This document shows positions 38,701 to 49,300 of a stretch of 64,000 bases of DNA, one piece after another. Every line of letters starts with the position of its first letter. Position 1 is the stretch's first letter. A model generated the notes under the pieces. It was not told where the DNA came from and did no database searches. It worked only from the letters and a program-made list of their open reading frames with translations. Origin of the DNA: a virus; IMG/VR virus record IMGVR_UViG_3300023179_000030, positions 1-64,000 of that record. The stretch is one strand, 5' to 3'. A program made the position numbers and the translations under genes.

Positions 38701-40214
38701 TGAGGGCCAGTTGGTCCTTGTGGTCCTTGTGCACCTGTTCCCCCACCTGACCCCGAAGGTCCTTGAGGGCCTTGTGTACCAGTTGGGCCCTGAGGTCCTT
38801 GTGGACCAGTATTACCTATTGGTCCAATTGGACCAGTTGGGCCCTGTGGGCCAGTATTACCTATTGGGCCAATTGGGCCAGTTGGTCCTTGAGGCCCTTG
38901 TGCACCAGTGGGACCTTGTGGACCTTGTGCACCTGTACCCCCACCTGACCCCGAAGGACCTTGTGGTCCCTGTGGACCAGTATTACCTATTGGGCCTTGA
39001 GGGCCTTGTGGTCCCTGTACGCCAGTTCCCTGTGGGCCTTGCGATCCCTGTGGACCAGTTGGACCTTGAGGTCCTTGTACGCCAGTTCCCTGTGGGCCTT
39101 GCGATCCCTGAGGACCAGTTGGTCCTTGTGGTCCTTGTACGCCAGTTCCCTGTGGGCCTTGCGATCCCTGTGGACCAGTTGGTCCTTGTGGTCCTTGTGC
39201 ACCAGTGTTACCTGTTAGACCCTGTGGGCCCTGTGGTCCTTGTACACCTGTATTACCTATTGGTCCAGTTGGACCTTGTGGTCCTTGTGCACCAGTGTTA
39301 CCTGTTAGACCCTGTGGTCCTTGCGATCCCTGTGGACCAGTTGGTCCTTGTGGTCCTTGTGCACCTGTTCCCCCACCTGACCCCGAAGGTCCTTGAGGTC
39401 CTTGTGGGCCAGTATTACCTGTTATTCCTTGTGGCCCTTGGCTTCCCTGCGGACCAGTTGGTCCTTGTGGACCTTGAAGGCCAGTGGGACCTTGAGGTCC
39501 GGTTTGTCCAGTTGGACCTTGACTGCCCTGTGGACCAGTTGGGCCTTGTGCACCGGTAATGCCCGGTGGTCCAACTGGGCCAATAGGTCCAGTTGGACCT
39601 TGTGGTCCTTCATTGCCTAAGGGACCTATTGGCCCTATAGGGCCAGTTGGGCCTTGTGGTCCTTCATCACCTTGTATACCTTGAATACCACGTAAACCTT
39701 GTGGGCCTTGTGGTCCTTGTGCCCCAGCACTATTCTGAACGTCAAACCTAATTGTTTGTGGATTTTGATTGCCATCTAATGTTATGGTGATATTGTCACC
39801 TGCAATAAATTCTACAGTATCCAATCCATGAGCTACTAGATTAGCTGTGCCACCTGGGGTAACCCAATACTTAAAGGTGGAATTCATGGCAATTTTAACT
39901 GCGCCGGCACCTAGATCGAGAACGTCAAAGCCTGACTCAACATCAAACCTTAAAGTATCTACATTTGATATTACATTGCTTGTAACATTGGCATTGTTTA
40001 TCAAGCTGACTGCATTTATCCCACCGGAACCCATTGGTGAACCATTGGAATAGAAAAATCCAGCTGCACTAATATTCCCCGTAGATATCACGGTTTGTGC
40101 AGTCAATGAAGTAATATTTGCTACATTAGTAGTTAGTGTATTGGTGGTTGCAGTATTTAATACAACATTACTATTGCTGGAGATTAGACTACCAGGTACC
40201 TTGGTTAGAGACAT
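32790..40214 (-). CDS. Giant tail/virion fibre (2474 aa): collagen-like Gly-X-Y domain, Cys-rich 17-aa beta-solenoid repeats and a C-terminal S74 autochaperone
   Basis: About 600 aa of [12 protein letters not shown] triplets, then about 1500 aa of N.A.G..AL..NTTG repeats, then SDLRDKTEI...GFIAQE...L..AIQEL (S74 self-cleavage motif). Confidence 0.9.
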   Translation of the reverse strand: MSLTKVPGSLISSNSNVVLNTATTNTLTTNVANITSLTAQTVISTGNISAAGFFYSNGSPMGSGGINAVSLINNANVTSNVISNVDTLRFDVESGFDVLDLGAGAVKIAMNSTFKYWVTPGGTANLVAHGLDTVEFIAGDNITITLDGNQNPQTIRFDVQNSAGAQGPQGPQGLRGIQGIQGDEGPQGPTGPIGPIGPLGNEGPQGPTGPIGPVGPPGITGAQGPTGPQGSQGPTGQTGPQGPTGLQGPQGPTGPQGSQGPQGITGNTGPQGPQGPSGSGGGTGAQGPQGPTGPQGSQGPQGLTGNTGAQGPQGPTGPIGNTGVQGPQGPQGLTGNTGAQGPQGPTGPQGSQGPQGTGVQGPQGPTGPQGSQGPQGTGVQGPQGPTGPQGSQGPQGTGVQGPQGPQGPIGNTGPQGPQGPSGSGGGTGAQGPQGPTGAQGPQGPTGPIGPIGNTGPQGPTGPIGPIGNTGPQGPQGPTGTQGPQGPSGSGGGTGAQGPQGPTGPQGPQGPIGNTGAQGPQGPTGPIGNTGAQGPQGPTGPQGPQGPSGSGGGTGAQGPQGPQGPTGPIGNTGVQGPQGPTGPQGPQGPIGNTGPQGPQGPTGLGYDGVTSTTTATPASTGTITLTTNKQGAFASGSRVRAVNTTSNFFEGTVTITGGTSFAISADYNIGTTLASSWTIVDVGVRGPQGPQGPQGPTGPIGPIGNTGPQGPQGPTGPIGNTGPQGPQGPTGPIGNTGPQGPQGPTGPIGPIGNTGAQGPQGPTGPQGPQGPIGNTGAQGPQGPTGPIGPIGNTGPQGPQGPTGLTSTATPTTLGGVFGYTTGLGNTSIGCCAGNTTQTGSNNFAVGCLALYGNTTGRDNFAQGYRALYSNTTGNDNFAQGYRALYGNTTGSNNFAQGCKALYCNTTGSSNFAQGIVTLKCNTTGRNNIAIGEAALYGNTTGSNNFAQGFSALRCNTIGNNNTAIGCFALNKNTTGCHNFAQGYNSLYGNTTGCNNLGIGNQALFNNTTGNNNFAIGLYALRCNTTGSDSIAIGLCALFFSNAAGNNIAIGREALSKTTTGLCNTAIGLCALASNTTGNANTAFGTCALRLNTIGNGNTAIGYGALPKNTTGCNNIAIGNVALYGNTTGSGNAVVGYGAAVNNTSGRCNATLGFYGLRQNTSGCNNIAFGAQSLYSNTTGSDSIAIGLCALYNSNAAGNNIAIGREALSMTTTGVCNTAIGYCALAKNTTGYGNTAIGNLALCSNIYGYNNTAVGAGTLISNTSGVGNIATGFCALRNNTTGSYNLAVGHNAMYSNTGGLGIALGTCALYANTTGLYNIAIGGCALKLSTVSCYNIAIGQSALENSTAGNQNLAIGTNSLRNNAGSNNAALGFNAIYGNTAGNNNTAIGCRALCCNSTGSNNFAQGAFALSKNTTGSNNFAQGYLALYCNATGTNNTAIGCNAMYASCAGKNNIAIGYCAGYKNIVGSNNIALGENALINESILGTFGALVPGSGYQNGTYNNVTLTLSSGPAPLLFPTANITVAAGAVSTVTVNSPGASIDSTTIFTAPNTSLGGTGSGFTVGVGTLISGNNNFAAGACSLNKNNGGCHNFAQGYRALTSNTSGSNNFAQGYKSLFSNATGVNNFAVGYCALYSNITGSNNFAVGYCALALTVSGSNNFAQGYRSLSANTTGANNFSMGSFSLAVNTTGSVNLAIGNCSLPSLTYGSNNIAIGYCALLSNSTGCNNTAIGFRALGIDTYGIDNVAIGFNTSSQNLNVRNRTVALGSSANAGSTGSIAIGAGAIACATFSSSIALGDLACAPGSSGLAIGCGAKSGIGSNNTAIGRFAGAGGSNNFAQGYKAMCCATTSSLHNFAQGYYSLTLNSGCNNFASGYCTLASNVSGSHNLAVGYCALALNTSGCNNFAQGYRSLSANTTGANNYAVGYCSLAIGTTGTNNFAVGFCTLSKNTFGCNNFAQGYKSLSANTTGANNFAVGYCVMTVSTTGANNFAVGYCVLGKNTFGTNNFAVGYCALAVNTTGGCNTAIGCAALSKNTTGYNDIAIGTNSLCSNTTGYGNTSLGAGALSQNITGNQNVAIGSCALCSSTSGINNVGLGNGAGNAITTGCNNTIVGSFAGTAGMTSTAVITAGGNAAYIDNNLNNIGLARAGNTTQSGSYNFSSGYGALCSNTTGSYNFAHGAAVLCSNTTGNYNFAAGFRDLTSNTSGSYNFTQGYRSLYFNSTGSVNFAQGYRALHSNNGTGNFAQGCRVLYGNSTGNFNFAFGGCTLYTNTTGSHNIAIGAAAMYANTIGCINVAVGYGALYNNTTGNNNSAFGYSSGSGNTTGNNNTFIGCNAQGASATSSNTITLGDTNIATIRAQVTTITALSDLRDKTEIETIPLGLEFIRELRPVKFTWAMRDGAKIGVKEAGFIAQELLELTERFGIKDWLPLVLEDNPERLEATPGKLLPVMVRAIQELAAENDSLKKRLTALEYRISNSS
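32801..32807 (-). promoter_or_regulatory. Late promoter variant ATAAGTA upstream of the modification cluster
   Basis: Inside the last codons of the giant fibre gene, 39 nt upstream of the GT4 ATG at 32761. Confidence 0.5.
36549..37145. repeat. Near-identical ~138-bp internal duplication (36549-36686 and 37008-37145)
   Basis: The copies are 459 bp apart, exactly 9 x 51-bp solenoid units. Both encode [36 protein letters not shown]. Confidence 0.85.
37810..39725. repeat. Collagen-coding 9-bp periodic repeats, including 3 x 60-bp tandem units at 39001-39180
   Basis: Recurrent ggaccttgt/ggaccagtt units. Three consecutive 60-nt lines are nearly identical ([20 protein letters not shown]). Confidence 0.9.
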
Positions 40215-40231
40215 CGATTATCCTTTTTGTA

Positions 40232-40238
40232 TATTTAG
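40232..40238 (-). promoter_or_regulatory. Late promoter box CTAAATA for the giant fibre gene
   Basis: CTAAATA-tacaaaaAGGAtaatcg-ATG. Confidence 0.7.
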
Positions 40239-40336
40239 CACCGAATTGTAAATGTATCTATAGTCGAGTTTTTTTCCAAAAGAGGTTATACACATGATTA
40301 GATGTTTTATCATGTGTTTTGTTGTTTTATCAAAAT

Positions 40337-40504
40337 TTAAACTAAAGCGTCTTTTAATTGCTGCACTGTAAGTTCAGTTGAAGTTATATCAGCATCAATG
40401 TTTGCTAACATTTCCAAATTGCCAGTACTTAGTGCAGATTTTCTTGCTTCGGTAAGATTCAGCAATCTATTTTGCATTATAATTAAGATATCCTGTAATT
40501 TCAT
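40337..40504 (-). CDS. Small 55-aa coiled-coil protein (not in the ORF track)
   Basis: MKLQDILIIMQNRLLNLTEARKSALSTGNLEMLANIDADITSTELTVQQLKDALV. SD GAGG, 12 nt after the stop of the 1099-aa gene. Confidence 0.75.
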   Translation of the reverse strand: MKLQDILIIMQNRLLNLTEARKSALSTGNLEMLANIDADITSTELTVQQLKDALV

Positions 40505-40516
40505 TAACTTGCCTCT

Positions 40517-43500
40517 TTAAAAGAATAATAGCTCTCGGAAATGTTCTTGTTGCTGTTGTCGATTTACCCATAGATATTTTAAACCATCAACAGTTACAAA
40601 GATTTCCATCTTATTGCCAATACCTGCGGTACCAGCCACATAGGGGAATATCCCTGCACCGTGAACCCAATTTGTATTGACGTCAAGGTAATATAGCCTT
40701 TGGGTTACGTCTTTTGTAAAGTATATCCTGTCACCACCATCATAAGCAAACATAGACCCAGAACCCAGTGTTTCAGTAAAAGGTATTAGATATGTTAAAA
40801 CAACACGATCAGTGGTGAGGTCAAGTCTGTCAATACCCACAGAGGCACCGCAACGAGGCATCCAGAGATATCTACCCTTAGTTGCAGCTGGTGTATTAGC
40901 TGACGCCCAAACTAGTTCATGTCCGGCCCCTTTAACTGGAATAGATAGTAATGAGTAAACTGCAACGTTGGCCAATGGGGCGGTGGCCAAACCAAAGGTA
41001 AGTGTGCCGGTTGTTGGGGCAACAGCAGTAATAACCAACTCCTGATTCAGACCAGTAGCACCACTTTGTACTTTGATCCTTCTACCAACCAATGATTGGT
41101 TCCAGGCTGCACAAGTAATTGTACCAGACACTGCACCTGAGTGAGCAACGTCAACGGTAAGTGTTGTTGTGCCTGCACCAGAAATAATTTTAGCACCGGT
41201 ATTAATACCTGTACCAGTTACATACCATCCGTTTACATTGCCTGGAGCCGCAGCACTTAAGGTAATTGTGGTACCTTGTGCAGAGCCTGTACCGGTTGCA
41301 GTAGCCCAAAATGCACTGGCATCCACCAATGTTGTTGTAGAGCCACCTGTTGCAACACCAGCATTATATGTAGTGGTTGTTTGGTCCATTGCTGCACCTA
41401 TTAACTCTTTTGCTGTTATTACATATCTGCTAATAGCACCTGTTGGTGCTGTACCTAGAGCAGCGATGAAACCCATAGTACCACCACCAACACCAGAACT
41501 TGTAGCTTGCATTAGCTGAGTGGCTTGTAAACCTGTTGTAGCCACAGGAGCTGCTGTGGCTGATACAATTTGACGACCTGCTACGTTTGGTGGGTAGAAA
41601 GTAATATTACCTGATACGATACCAGTACATGCATTAGATAGTGTAATTGTTGCTGTACCAGCACCACTTGTGACGGTTGTACCAATCGCAATACCTGTAC
41701 CCACTGCATACCAACCGGTTATCAATGAAGAAGTGTTGGCCGTCATTGTTACTGTTGCAACACCAGCGCCGCCGCCAGATGAGAACGCACTTGTAATTGC
41801 GGTGTTAGGACCCCAAGGCGAGAATGTAATAACACCGCTTGGAACTGCTGCACCTGTTGATAGTGTCACTGTTGTTGTACCGGCACCTGCTGTAACTATT
41901 GCACCTGGAGTTATGTTTGTACCAGATGCATACCAACCATTGATATTAGTGGGAGTGGCTCGAGCAAAAGTGATAGAGGTATTTGTGCCTGAGGATGCAT
42001 TATCTCTAAAATCCTTACTTGCGTCTGAAATGTTAGACGTAGATAGAGCTGTCAGATACGCATAAGTACCAGTACCTGCCGCATTTGGAGTGTAAGTGAA
42101 AGTTGTGGTCGAAGGTACGGTTACAATTTGTACTAAACCTGTGATGTTATACTGATCTGCGGCTGCTGATGTTACACCACGTATACTTACGTATTGACCA
42201 ACTTTAAAATTATGTGCTTGTGTAGTCGTAGCTGTGATTGTTGTGGTTCCAGCAAGAGATGTTATCGAAAACGGCATTTGCTCATATATAGTATGGTTTG
42301 CGTCAGAAAGCAATGCACATGCAATACTAGCTATACCTGTTTCATACATTCTGCCATGAGTTAACATATCAATGTTACCAGCATGGTGCATGAAAACTTC
42401 GGATGAACCACCCCAACCAATATACATGGTGTCACTGGCACCTTGGATTACATATACTGATGTTGTATCTGGTAAAATATGCCAAGGTGAATATACCGTT
42501 AGCGCTGTAGTTGTATTTGATAATATCTGTCGAACTTGTCCTGCACCAGTACCAAATAAAATACGCACAGCATAATTAGTCCAGCGATTTGCAGTCCAAG
42601 ATTTAGTGGTGTCATTAATCGTGTTATATAAGTTAGAACCACTGGATTTACCACCATCGTAACCTATTATCTGATATCTAGATGTTGTATCAGGTGCTGT
42701 AGTGATAGCAGAGAATGTGAGTGTATTAGCTGTGTTACTTGTAATAACTACAATCTGCCCACGACCGGTTCCACTGTAAATATACAACTCATAGCCAGCC
42801 CACTGGTTAACTGCCCAGTTTTGAGTACTATCAGCTAAAGTAGTTGTAGTACCAGCAGTTGCAATGCTTTGAACCCAGAGAGAAGAGTTTTCAGTCATTC
42901 GTTCAATACTTATCTCTGTAGGAGCGGCAACAACCATGTTAGTTGCAGCAGCTTTAGAATACCACGTGTCATGCAACACATCATAGTATTGCATGGTATA
43001 GAATGGTGTAGCGGCTGCGCCTGATACTAACCAAATTGCCCCACTTTGAATGACAAATCTACTGGTATTATCAGGTGTTACATCCCAGGCAGTATCAATA
43101 GTGCAAACTGAAGACTCAATTTGATAAACAGTACCGGCCGCTGGCGCAGTCATAGTGTTATTAGCAAAAGGATCATTTTGGTAAAAGTTAATATCGCCAG
43201 TAGTTAACACTGTGGCCGAATTATATAATATCTTACGAACTTGGTTAGCACCAGTACCGAATAGTGTACGTACAACATATCCAACCCAACCATTGACGTT
43301 GGCTGTGACACCAACATAACCCGAAGTCCAAGTCTTGGCGGTATCAGTTAATGATGTTGTTGAACCTGCTGTTGCACCACCGAAATCTGCTACAACAGGA
43401 TCACTAACTGCTGTAATAACACGTTCTTGGCCAGCACCACGACCACTTACAATACGAACTTTATAACCAACTGCTGAACCGCCAAATGGGAGTCCAGTTG

Positions 43501-43816
43501 TAAATGTTGTTGTCGTAGCAGAAATTACACGATTATAGTAGCCTTGTGCGCCCGAAAAACGCATACTTGATGCTGTTAGGGGTGCCTGAGGAGGAGATGC
43601 CAATTGTTCATAAGTATCAGCAATGGTGTCATATCTCCAAAAGTTAGTGGCGTTTAGAAGGTAATAGATGTAACGTCCAGAGTTTTCATTAAACTGTGAG
43701 GTGTCTGCTACACATGAGCACGATAAACCAGCAGAGGGAACTACCGGAGAAAATCGTAGCCATTCCCATGTAGGTAAGTCTACTTGTTTTCTTAATTGAT
43801 TTGCTGATAAAGCCAT
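40517..43816 (-). CDS. Large virion protein: beta-propeller-like blades interrupted by repeated small beta domains
   Basis: Blade-like motifs (FWRYDTIADTYEQLA, YYDVLHDTW, YYLDVNTNW), ~4 copies of T.GTTTTL.D....W...G.GAGQ.R.I..NT, and 3 copies of GWY..GTGI..G..V.SGAGT.T.T. Confidence 0.7.
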   Translation of the reverse strand: MALSANQLRKQVDLPTWEWLRFSPVVPSAGLSCSCVADTSQFNENSGRYIYYLLNATNFWRYDTIADTYEQLASPPQAPLTASSMRFSGAQGYYNRVISATTTTFTTGLPFGGSAVGYKVRIVSGRGAGQERVITAVSDPVVADFGGATAGSTTSLTDTAKTWTSGYVGVTANVNGWVGYVVRTLFGTGANQVRKILYNSATVLTTGDINFYQNDPFANNTMTAPAAGTVYQIESSVCTIDTAWDVTPDNTSRFVIQSGAIWLVSGAAATPFYTMQYYDVLHDTWYSKAAATNMVVAAPTEISIERMTENSSLWVQSIATAGTTTTLADSTQNWAVNQWAGYELYIYSGTGRGQIVVITSNTANTLTFSAITTAPDTTSRYQIIGYDGGKSSGSNLYNTINDTTKSWTANRWTNYAVRILFGTGAGQVRQILSNTTTALTVYSPWHILPDTTSVYVIQGASDTMYIGWGGSSEVFMHHAGNIDMLTHGRMYETGIASIACALLSDANHTIYEQMPFSITSLAGTTTITATTTQAHNFKVGQYVSIRGVTSAAADQYNITGLVQIVTVPSTTTFTYTPNAAGTGTYAYLTALSTSNISDASKDFRDNASSGTNTSITFARATPTNINGWYASGTNITPGAIVTAGAGTTTVTLSTGAAVPSGVITFSPWGPNTAITSAFSSGGGAGVATVTMTANTSSLITGWYAVGTGIAIGTTVTSGAGTATITLSNACTGIVSGNITFYPPNVAGRQIVSATAAPVATTGLQATQLMQATSSGVGGGTMGFIAALGTAPTGAISRYVITAKELIGAAMDQTTTTYNAGVATGGSTTTLVDASAFWATATGTGSAQGTTITLSAAAPGNVNGWYVTGTGINTGAKIISGAGTTTLTVDVAHSGAVSGTITCAAWNQSLVGRRIKVQSGATGLNQELVITAVAPTTGTLTFGLATAPLANVAVYSLLSIPVKGAGHELVWASANTPAATKGRYLWMPRCGASVGIDRLDLTTDRVVLTYLIPFTETLGSGSMFAYDGGDRIYFTKDVTQRLYYLDVNTNWVHGAGIFPYVAGTAGIGNKMEIFVTVDGLKYLWVNRQQQQEHFRELLFF

Positions 43817-43837
43817 ATTATGCTATTCCTTATTCTT

Positions 43838-44308
43838 TTAGGTAAATGTTAGTTTACTGCGTATACCAGTGTTGTAGGAAGTTCTGGATACATCAATGAA
43901 TTGTCGTTGATCAACACCACTCAAGTTAACACTGCCTATATTATTAGTTCCTGCGGGTAACGCATTGGTGATACCAGTAACTGCCGTAACTGTGGATACC
44001 GTGGTTACAGTCGAAACTGTTGCCAAAGTCAATGCCGAAGCAATCGAGTCTAAGGTAATACGTTGACGATTACCCGCATCTGTGGCATTTTGAGATTCCA
44101 TTAGTTTAAGCATTCTGCGTAATAATATTATCTGCTCATCAATGCTGCCCGCTGCTGACCTAAAAATTTGTCCTTGAGCGTCATTACTAGGTGATACACT
44201 AATAGGAGTAGTTAATTTGGAATTGATATTAGCCAGAGTTTCCTGAGTAGCTGGGTTTATCAGATTCCCCGAACTATCCTTGACCTTTGTTGTTTCAAAA
44301 TATGCCAT
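43838..44308 (-). CDS. Hypothetical virion protein (T/V-rich repeats)
   Basis: Start at 44308 (MAYFETT, SD AGGA). TVSTVTTVSTVT and LPAGTNNIG.V fibre-like motif. Confidence 0.7.
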   Translation of the reverse strand: MAYFETTKVKDSSGNLINPATQETLANINSKLTTPISVSPSNDAQGQIFRSAAGSIDEQIILLRRMLKLMESQNATDAGNRQRITLDSIASALTLATVSTVTTVSTVTAVTGITNALPAGTNNIGSVNLSGVDQRQFIDVSRTSYNTGIRSKLTFT

Positions 44309-44316
44309 TATTTTTC

Positions 44317-46236
44317 CTAAAATATATTCCAATTACTACCATTGGATATTAAACCCATCATTGAGTTTTGCTCTGTCATTATCATATTTGCATAACCATC
44401 TATAGTTTCTGCTCCTGTACCCACTACTGTTACCTGCCCCGTTCCTATATTCTTAATTTCAAAGTTTATACCTGTATTTATCGAAGCTGTAGGCAATGTA
44501 AGAGTTAATGTACCATTTGCAAAAATTACTGCATCATTAGAGGTTATTGTGCTGTTTGACGTAACGGATCGTAATGGGGAACTAACAATTATATTACCAT
44601 AGATAGTTCTATTTACTAATAAATTGCCTGACAAAGATAAATTGCTGGTAACCGCATTAAAATATAAAGCAGTAGATGACACATTTGCAGTTTGATCTGA
44701 ACCCACAGCCCCAACCATTACTGGATACAGTGTAGTGGTAGTAGTATTGTTGTTGGCAAAGATTAAATTAGTGCTACCGGCTGGTCCCTGTGGACCTTGT
44801 GGTCCTTGTGGTCCGCCTGCTGGCCCTTGTGGACCCTGTGCACCAGTATTACCTATTGGCCCAATTGGGCCCTGGGGGCCAGTTGGACCCTGTGGGCCTT
44901 GTGGTCCTTGTACACCAATTCCTTGTGGGCCTTGGCTTCCCTGCGGACCAGTTGGACCCTGTGGGCCTTGTGGTCCTGTGTTGCCAATTGGCCCAATTGG
45001 CCCTTGTGGACCTTGTGGACCACGTGGGCCCTGTGGGCCTTGTGGCCCTTGTACACCAATTCCTTGTGGGCCTTGGCTTCCCTGCGGACCAGTTGGACCC
45101 TGTGGGCCTTGTGGCCCTTGTACACCAATTCCTTGTGGACCTTGAACACCAGTTGGACCTTGAACACCAGTTGGGCCCTGTGGACCCTGTGGTCCTACCC
45201 CTTGTGGGCCCTGAACACCAGTTGGACCTTGAACACCAGTTGGGCCCTGTGGGCCTTGTGGTCCTACCCCTTGTGGGCCCTGAACACCTTGTGGGCCCTG
45301 TGGACCTTGTGGACCACCGGCTGGGCCTTGTGGGCCTTGTGGCCCGACCCCTGCTAGTAATGTTTGTACCTCTATTGTTGACAGTGGTGGCGGTGCTTCT
45401 GAAAATTGTATATTAGAGTTATTTAATGTGTATGATGTTCTAAGTTGAGCCACGCCATCAATAACCACAGTGGTATAATTAATGTTGGGTGGTCTAGTAG
45501 ATAAAGTGAATACGGATTGGCTACCTGTACCAATAAAGTCATCAACAAATATGGCTAGATTTCCAACATTTCCGCCAGTTGTTGGGCCCCAGCTTAGGTT
45601 GCCCATGCCATCTGTAATTATTGTATACCCGTAGGCACCACCACTGAGATGTAAATTGGCCACTGAACCCAATGAACTTATACCGCTAACTGTTAACGAA
45701 TTAATCGAACTTAAATTACCAGAATAATTAGGCAAATAACTAGTTAAATATCCAGGTAAGTAAGCCTCAACGTTGGCATTACTGTAGTTACCCGATACCA
45801 GAGCCCCGTTTACATATAATTTATCGTCTATTGTTGTAATTAGTGACCCAGCTAATATAAGATTTGACCCTATGTAAGCTGAGGACCATTGATTGTTTAC
45901 TGTACCTATAGTGTAGGTATTATTGGGCGAGGGTGTTAAATTACCCCCAATTGCCCCAAATACTGAAACACCATTGGGATAAAAGAATCCACTGGCAACA
46001 CTATTTCCCAGAGTTTCTATATTCCCGTAGGCAAATAAATTGCCAGTACGTATATTACCAGTTGTAACAAATGTATTGGCAGTTATGGTATTGCCAATTA
46101 AATCGGTGCCACCATTGGACCCAAAAACTGTGTAAAGTTCTGTGAAATTGTCATTTACTTTTGTAAACGCGGCTCGAACTGTGTCACCCGTTTGAGTGTC
46201 TGGACCATTACCTAAATTAATAATTTGCTGGGTCAT
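44317..46236 (-). CDS. Collagen-like fibre with a T4 gp9/gp10-type N-terminal attachment motif
   Basis: [31 protein letters not shown] at the N-terminus, ~190 aa of Gly-X-Y, and a C-terminal TLTLP...IKNIG...TIDG...GSNWNIF domain. Confidence 0.85.
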   Translation of the reverse strand: MTQQIINLGNGPDTQTGDTVRAAFTKVNDNFTELYTVFGSNGGTDLIGNTITANTFVTTGNIRTGNLFAYGNIETLGNSVASGFFYPNGVSVFGAIGGNLTPSPNNTYTIGTVNNQWSSAYIGSNLILAGSLITTIDDKLYVNGALVSGNYSNANVEAYLPGYLTSYLPNYSGNLSSINSLTVSGISSLGSVANLHLSGGAYGYTIITDGMGNLSWGPTTGGNVGNLAIFVDDFIGTGSQSVFTLSTRPPNINYTTVVIDGVAQLRTSYTLNNSNIQFSEAPPPLSTIEVQTLLAGVGPQGPQGPAGGPQGPQGPQGVQGPQGVGPQGPQGPTGVQGPTGVQGPQGVGPQGPQGPTGVQGPTGVQGPQGIGVQGPQGPQGPTGPQGSQGPQGIGVQGPQGPQGPRGPQGPQGPIGPIGNTGPQGPQGPTGPQGSQGPQGIGVQGPQGPQGPTGPQGPIGPIGNTGAQGPQGPAGGPQGPQGPQGPAGSTNLIFANNNTTTTTLYPVMVGAVGSDQTANVSSTALYFNAVTSNLSLSGNLLVNRTIYGNIIVSSPLRSVTSNSTITSNDAVIFANGTLTLTLPTASINTGINFEIKNIGTGQVTVVGTGAETIDGYANMIMTEQNSMMGLISNGSNWNIF

Positions 46237-46262
46237 TTACCGCGTTCTTTCATGCCTTTATG

Positions 46263-46269
46263 TATTTAG
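46263..46269 (-). promoter_or_regulatory. Late promoter box CTAAATA
   Basis: 26 nt upstream of ATG 46236. Confidence 0.65.
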
Positions 46270-46285
46270 CTCAGACAATGAGACA

Positions 46286-46308
46286 GCTCTAGTGTTTTTC
46301 ACTAGAGC
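46286..46308. terminator. Hairpin after the 1226-aa fibre gene (possible terminator or processing site)
   Basis: gctctagtg-ttttt-cactagagc, a 9-bp perfect stem with only a weak U tract. Confidence 0.45.
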
Positions 46309-46327
46309 GTCAAATCTTAGATTTGGG

Positions 46328-49300
46328 TTAACCACTTAGTCTTGTTTTCAATTTATCAATTTGATTTTGCAAATCCAAAATTTGTTTTTGCAAATCCAGC
46401 ACTTTATCCTCTAAAGATAGCTCTTTGGTGTCTAATTCCTGAATTGCTCGGACAATAACCGGTAACAACTTACCTGGAGTAGCTTCCAATCGTTCTGGAT
46501 TATCTTCCAGAACTAATGATAACCAATCTTTGATACCATATCGCTCAGTGACTTCCAGCAATTCTTGTGCTATAAAACCAGCTTCTTTGATTCCCGCTTT
46601 GGCACCATCACGCATCGCCCAAGTAAATTTAACAGGACGCAGTTCACGTATAAATTCTAATCCCAGTGGAATTGGTTCAATATCTTTCTTATCACGTGAG
46701 TCCGATAAAAAGGTAATAGAAGTTACTTGTGCACGTAATACTGTTATGTTAGTGTCACCTAAATTAATCGAATTACTTGAATTAGTTGCTGCTGGGTATG
46801 AGCCAGCGCCTAAAAAGGTATTATTGATGCCAGATACCAGGCTATTACCTGCAGTAAAACCTATAGCAGTATTACGGCATCCGATCGTATTACAAGACAA
46901 AGCCGCCAGCCCCAAAGCGGTATTACCCCAACCATATGTGTTTCCACACAATGCACATTTACCCATTGCTGTATTGTAATACCCTATGGTATTGGTTGAT
47001 AGGGCGTTAGTACCTAGCGCCGCATTTCCGTAGCCATTTGTGTTCGCAGCCAAGGCTAGATGCCCAACAGCAATATTGTTATGGCCAATTGAATTCCAGT
47101 TTAATGAGTTATGCCCTATAGCAACATTGCAGGCACCTGTTGTATTCGTGTATAGGGCATTGCCCCCAACAGCAATATTGTAAGTACCAATGGTGCTACT
47201 ATATAATGAAAACCTCCCCACTGCCACATTATCTGTACCCGTAGTATTTGCACCCAATGCATATGACCCAACAGCGGTATTATTATAACCAATTGAATTA
47301 GCACATAGGGCACTATCACCCACAGCTAAGTTAGAGGTTCCGGTTGTATTACACTTCAAAGCGGCATAACCTAGAGCGGTGTTAGTAAAACCACTGAGGT
47401 TACATCGCAATGCATTAACCCCAATGGCGGTGTTACTGCTACCAGTGGTATTGGCAAGTAACGCACATGATCCAATAGCGACATTATAGTTACCGTAAAT
47501 ATTGTTGAATGAAGCAAATGCACCCACTGCCGTATTACCATAGCCCGTAGTATTGTAGTAAAGAGCACTAGCACCTATAGCAGTGTTCATGGATATAGTA
47601 GTGTTGCAATACAATGCCTGAAATCCTATCGCAGTGTTATTACTGCCGATACTATTGTTATATAGAGAGCTAGATCCAAGTGCGGTATTGCAGTTTCCCC
47701 TAGAATTATAATACGATGCATAGCTACCAATAGCAATATTATAGCAACCTGTAGTATTAACTGTTAACGCACTTATACCAACTGCAACATTGTGTAATCC
47801 TGTGGTGGTTGCACATAGGGCGCTATCCCCAATAGCAATATTATAAGGTTTTTGTATATTAGCTAAAGAATTATTACCTATTGCAATATTATAAAATCCA
47901 CCGGCACTTTTACACATGGCACTAAAGCCAATAGCTATATTAGATACTCCTGTTACACTGCAAGCTAGAGCTAGATGACCAATGGCAATATTTTGATAGC
48001 CTGTGGTGTTGTCTTTCATTGCACTGAAACCTAGGGCAATATTGTTGTTTCCAAAGCTGTTGTTATATAATGCTGATGGGCCTATAGCAGTATTATAATA
48101 GCCAGTGGTATTGACATACAATGCCGATTGTCCCAATGCAATATTATTATACCCTTGTGTGTTATTATAAAGTGTGGAATTACCAATAGCAACATTTTGA
48201 TAGCCTGAGCCGTTTAGAGTCAACGCTCGCTCACCAACAGCAGTATTGTTATTTGCCAAATTGCATCGCAGTGCACATATACCCAAAGCTGTGTTACCGT
48301 AGCCACCAGAGTTCCTGAACAATGCACTTTGCCCTACTGCCGTATTTTCACGACCAGTGGTATTGCAATACATTGCACCGTCACCTAAAGCGGTATTATC
48401 ATAGCCAATGGTATTTAGAACTAATGCACAAGTACCTACCGCAGTATTTCTACAACCAGTGGTATTTGAGTATAATGCACTAGCACCAATTGCTATGTTG
48501 TTATTACCTGTGCTATTACGTAATGCTTGATAGCCCAATGCTGCCGACCCAGTTAGTGCAGTAGAAGTACAACCATACACACCACCAATATTAATTGGGG
48601 TCGCCAATGACGTAAGTCCGGTTGGGCCCTGTGGTCCCGTATTGCCAATTGGACCAATTGGACCGGTTGGGCCTTGTGGCCCTGTATTGCCAATTGGACC
48701 AATTGGGCCAATTGGCCCTTGCGGACCTTGTGGGCCAATTGGACCAATTGGCCCTTGTGGACCTTGTGGGCCACGTGGGCCCTGTGGGCCACCTGGGTCA
48801 CCCTGTGGACCTTGGGGGCCTGCATTACCTTGTATACCCTGTGGCCCCGTTGGACCTTGTGGGCCCTGTGGACCTTGTGGGCCACCGGCTGGGCCTTGTG
48901 GACCTTGATTTCCTATGGGCCCAATTGGACCAATTGGACCTTGTGGTCCCTGTGGTCCCGTTGGACCTTGTGGGCCCTGTGGACCTTGGCTACCACCACC
49001 ACCGCTTGGACCCTGTGGGCCTTGTACACCAGTTGGACCTTGTGGGCCAATTGGACCAATTGGTCCTTGCGGCCCTTGTGGGCCCTGTGGACCTTGTGAT
49101 CCTGTGCCACCACCTGGCCCAATGGGCCCCTGTGGCCCTTGTGGGCCAATATTACCTATTGGACCAATTGGTCCTTGCGGCCCTTGTGGGCCCTGTGGAC
49201 CTTGTGATCCTGTGCCACCACCTGGTCCAGTTGGGCCTTGCACACCTTGGTCACCTTGTGGGCCCTGTGGACCCCTGGGTCCTTGTGGGCCCTGTGGACC

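Noticed and set aside
37711-39620. Long plus-strand and alternative-frame ORFs over the collagen regions (also 44735-45416 and 48553-49920), such as GPCGPC, LVDL and WALW repeats
   Set aside because: Shadow frames produced by stop-poor 9-bp Gly-Pro-X periodicity. They have no SD, promoter or independent coding signal.
37500-39725. Possible CRISPR array or non-coding tandem repeat
   Set aside because: The repeats are in frame (9, 51 and 60 bp), vary at third codon positions and have no unique spacers. No cas genes are present.
40290-40317. Inverted repeat acacatgat...atcatgtgt between the 55-aa ORF and the giant fibre promoter
   Set aside because: AT-rich stem with a 10-nt loop, and the U tract is on the plus (non-coding) strand. 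Too weak to call as a terminator.
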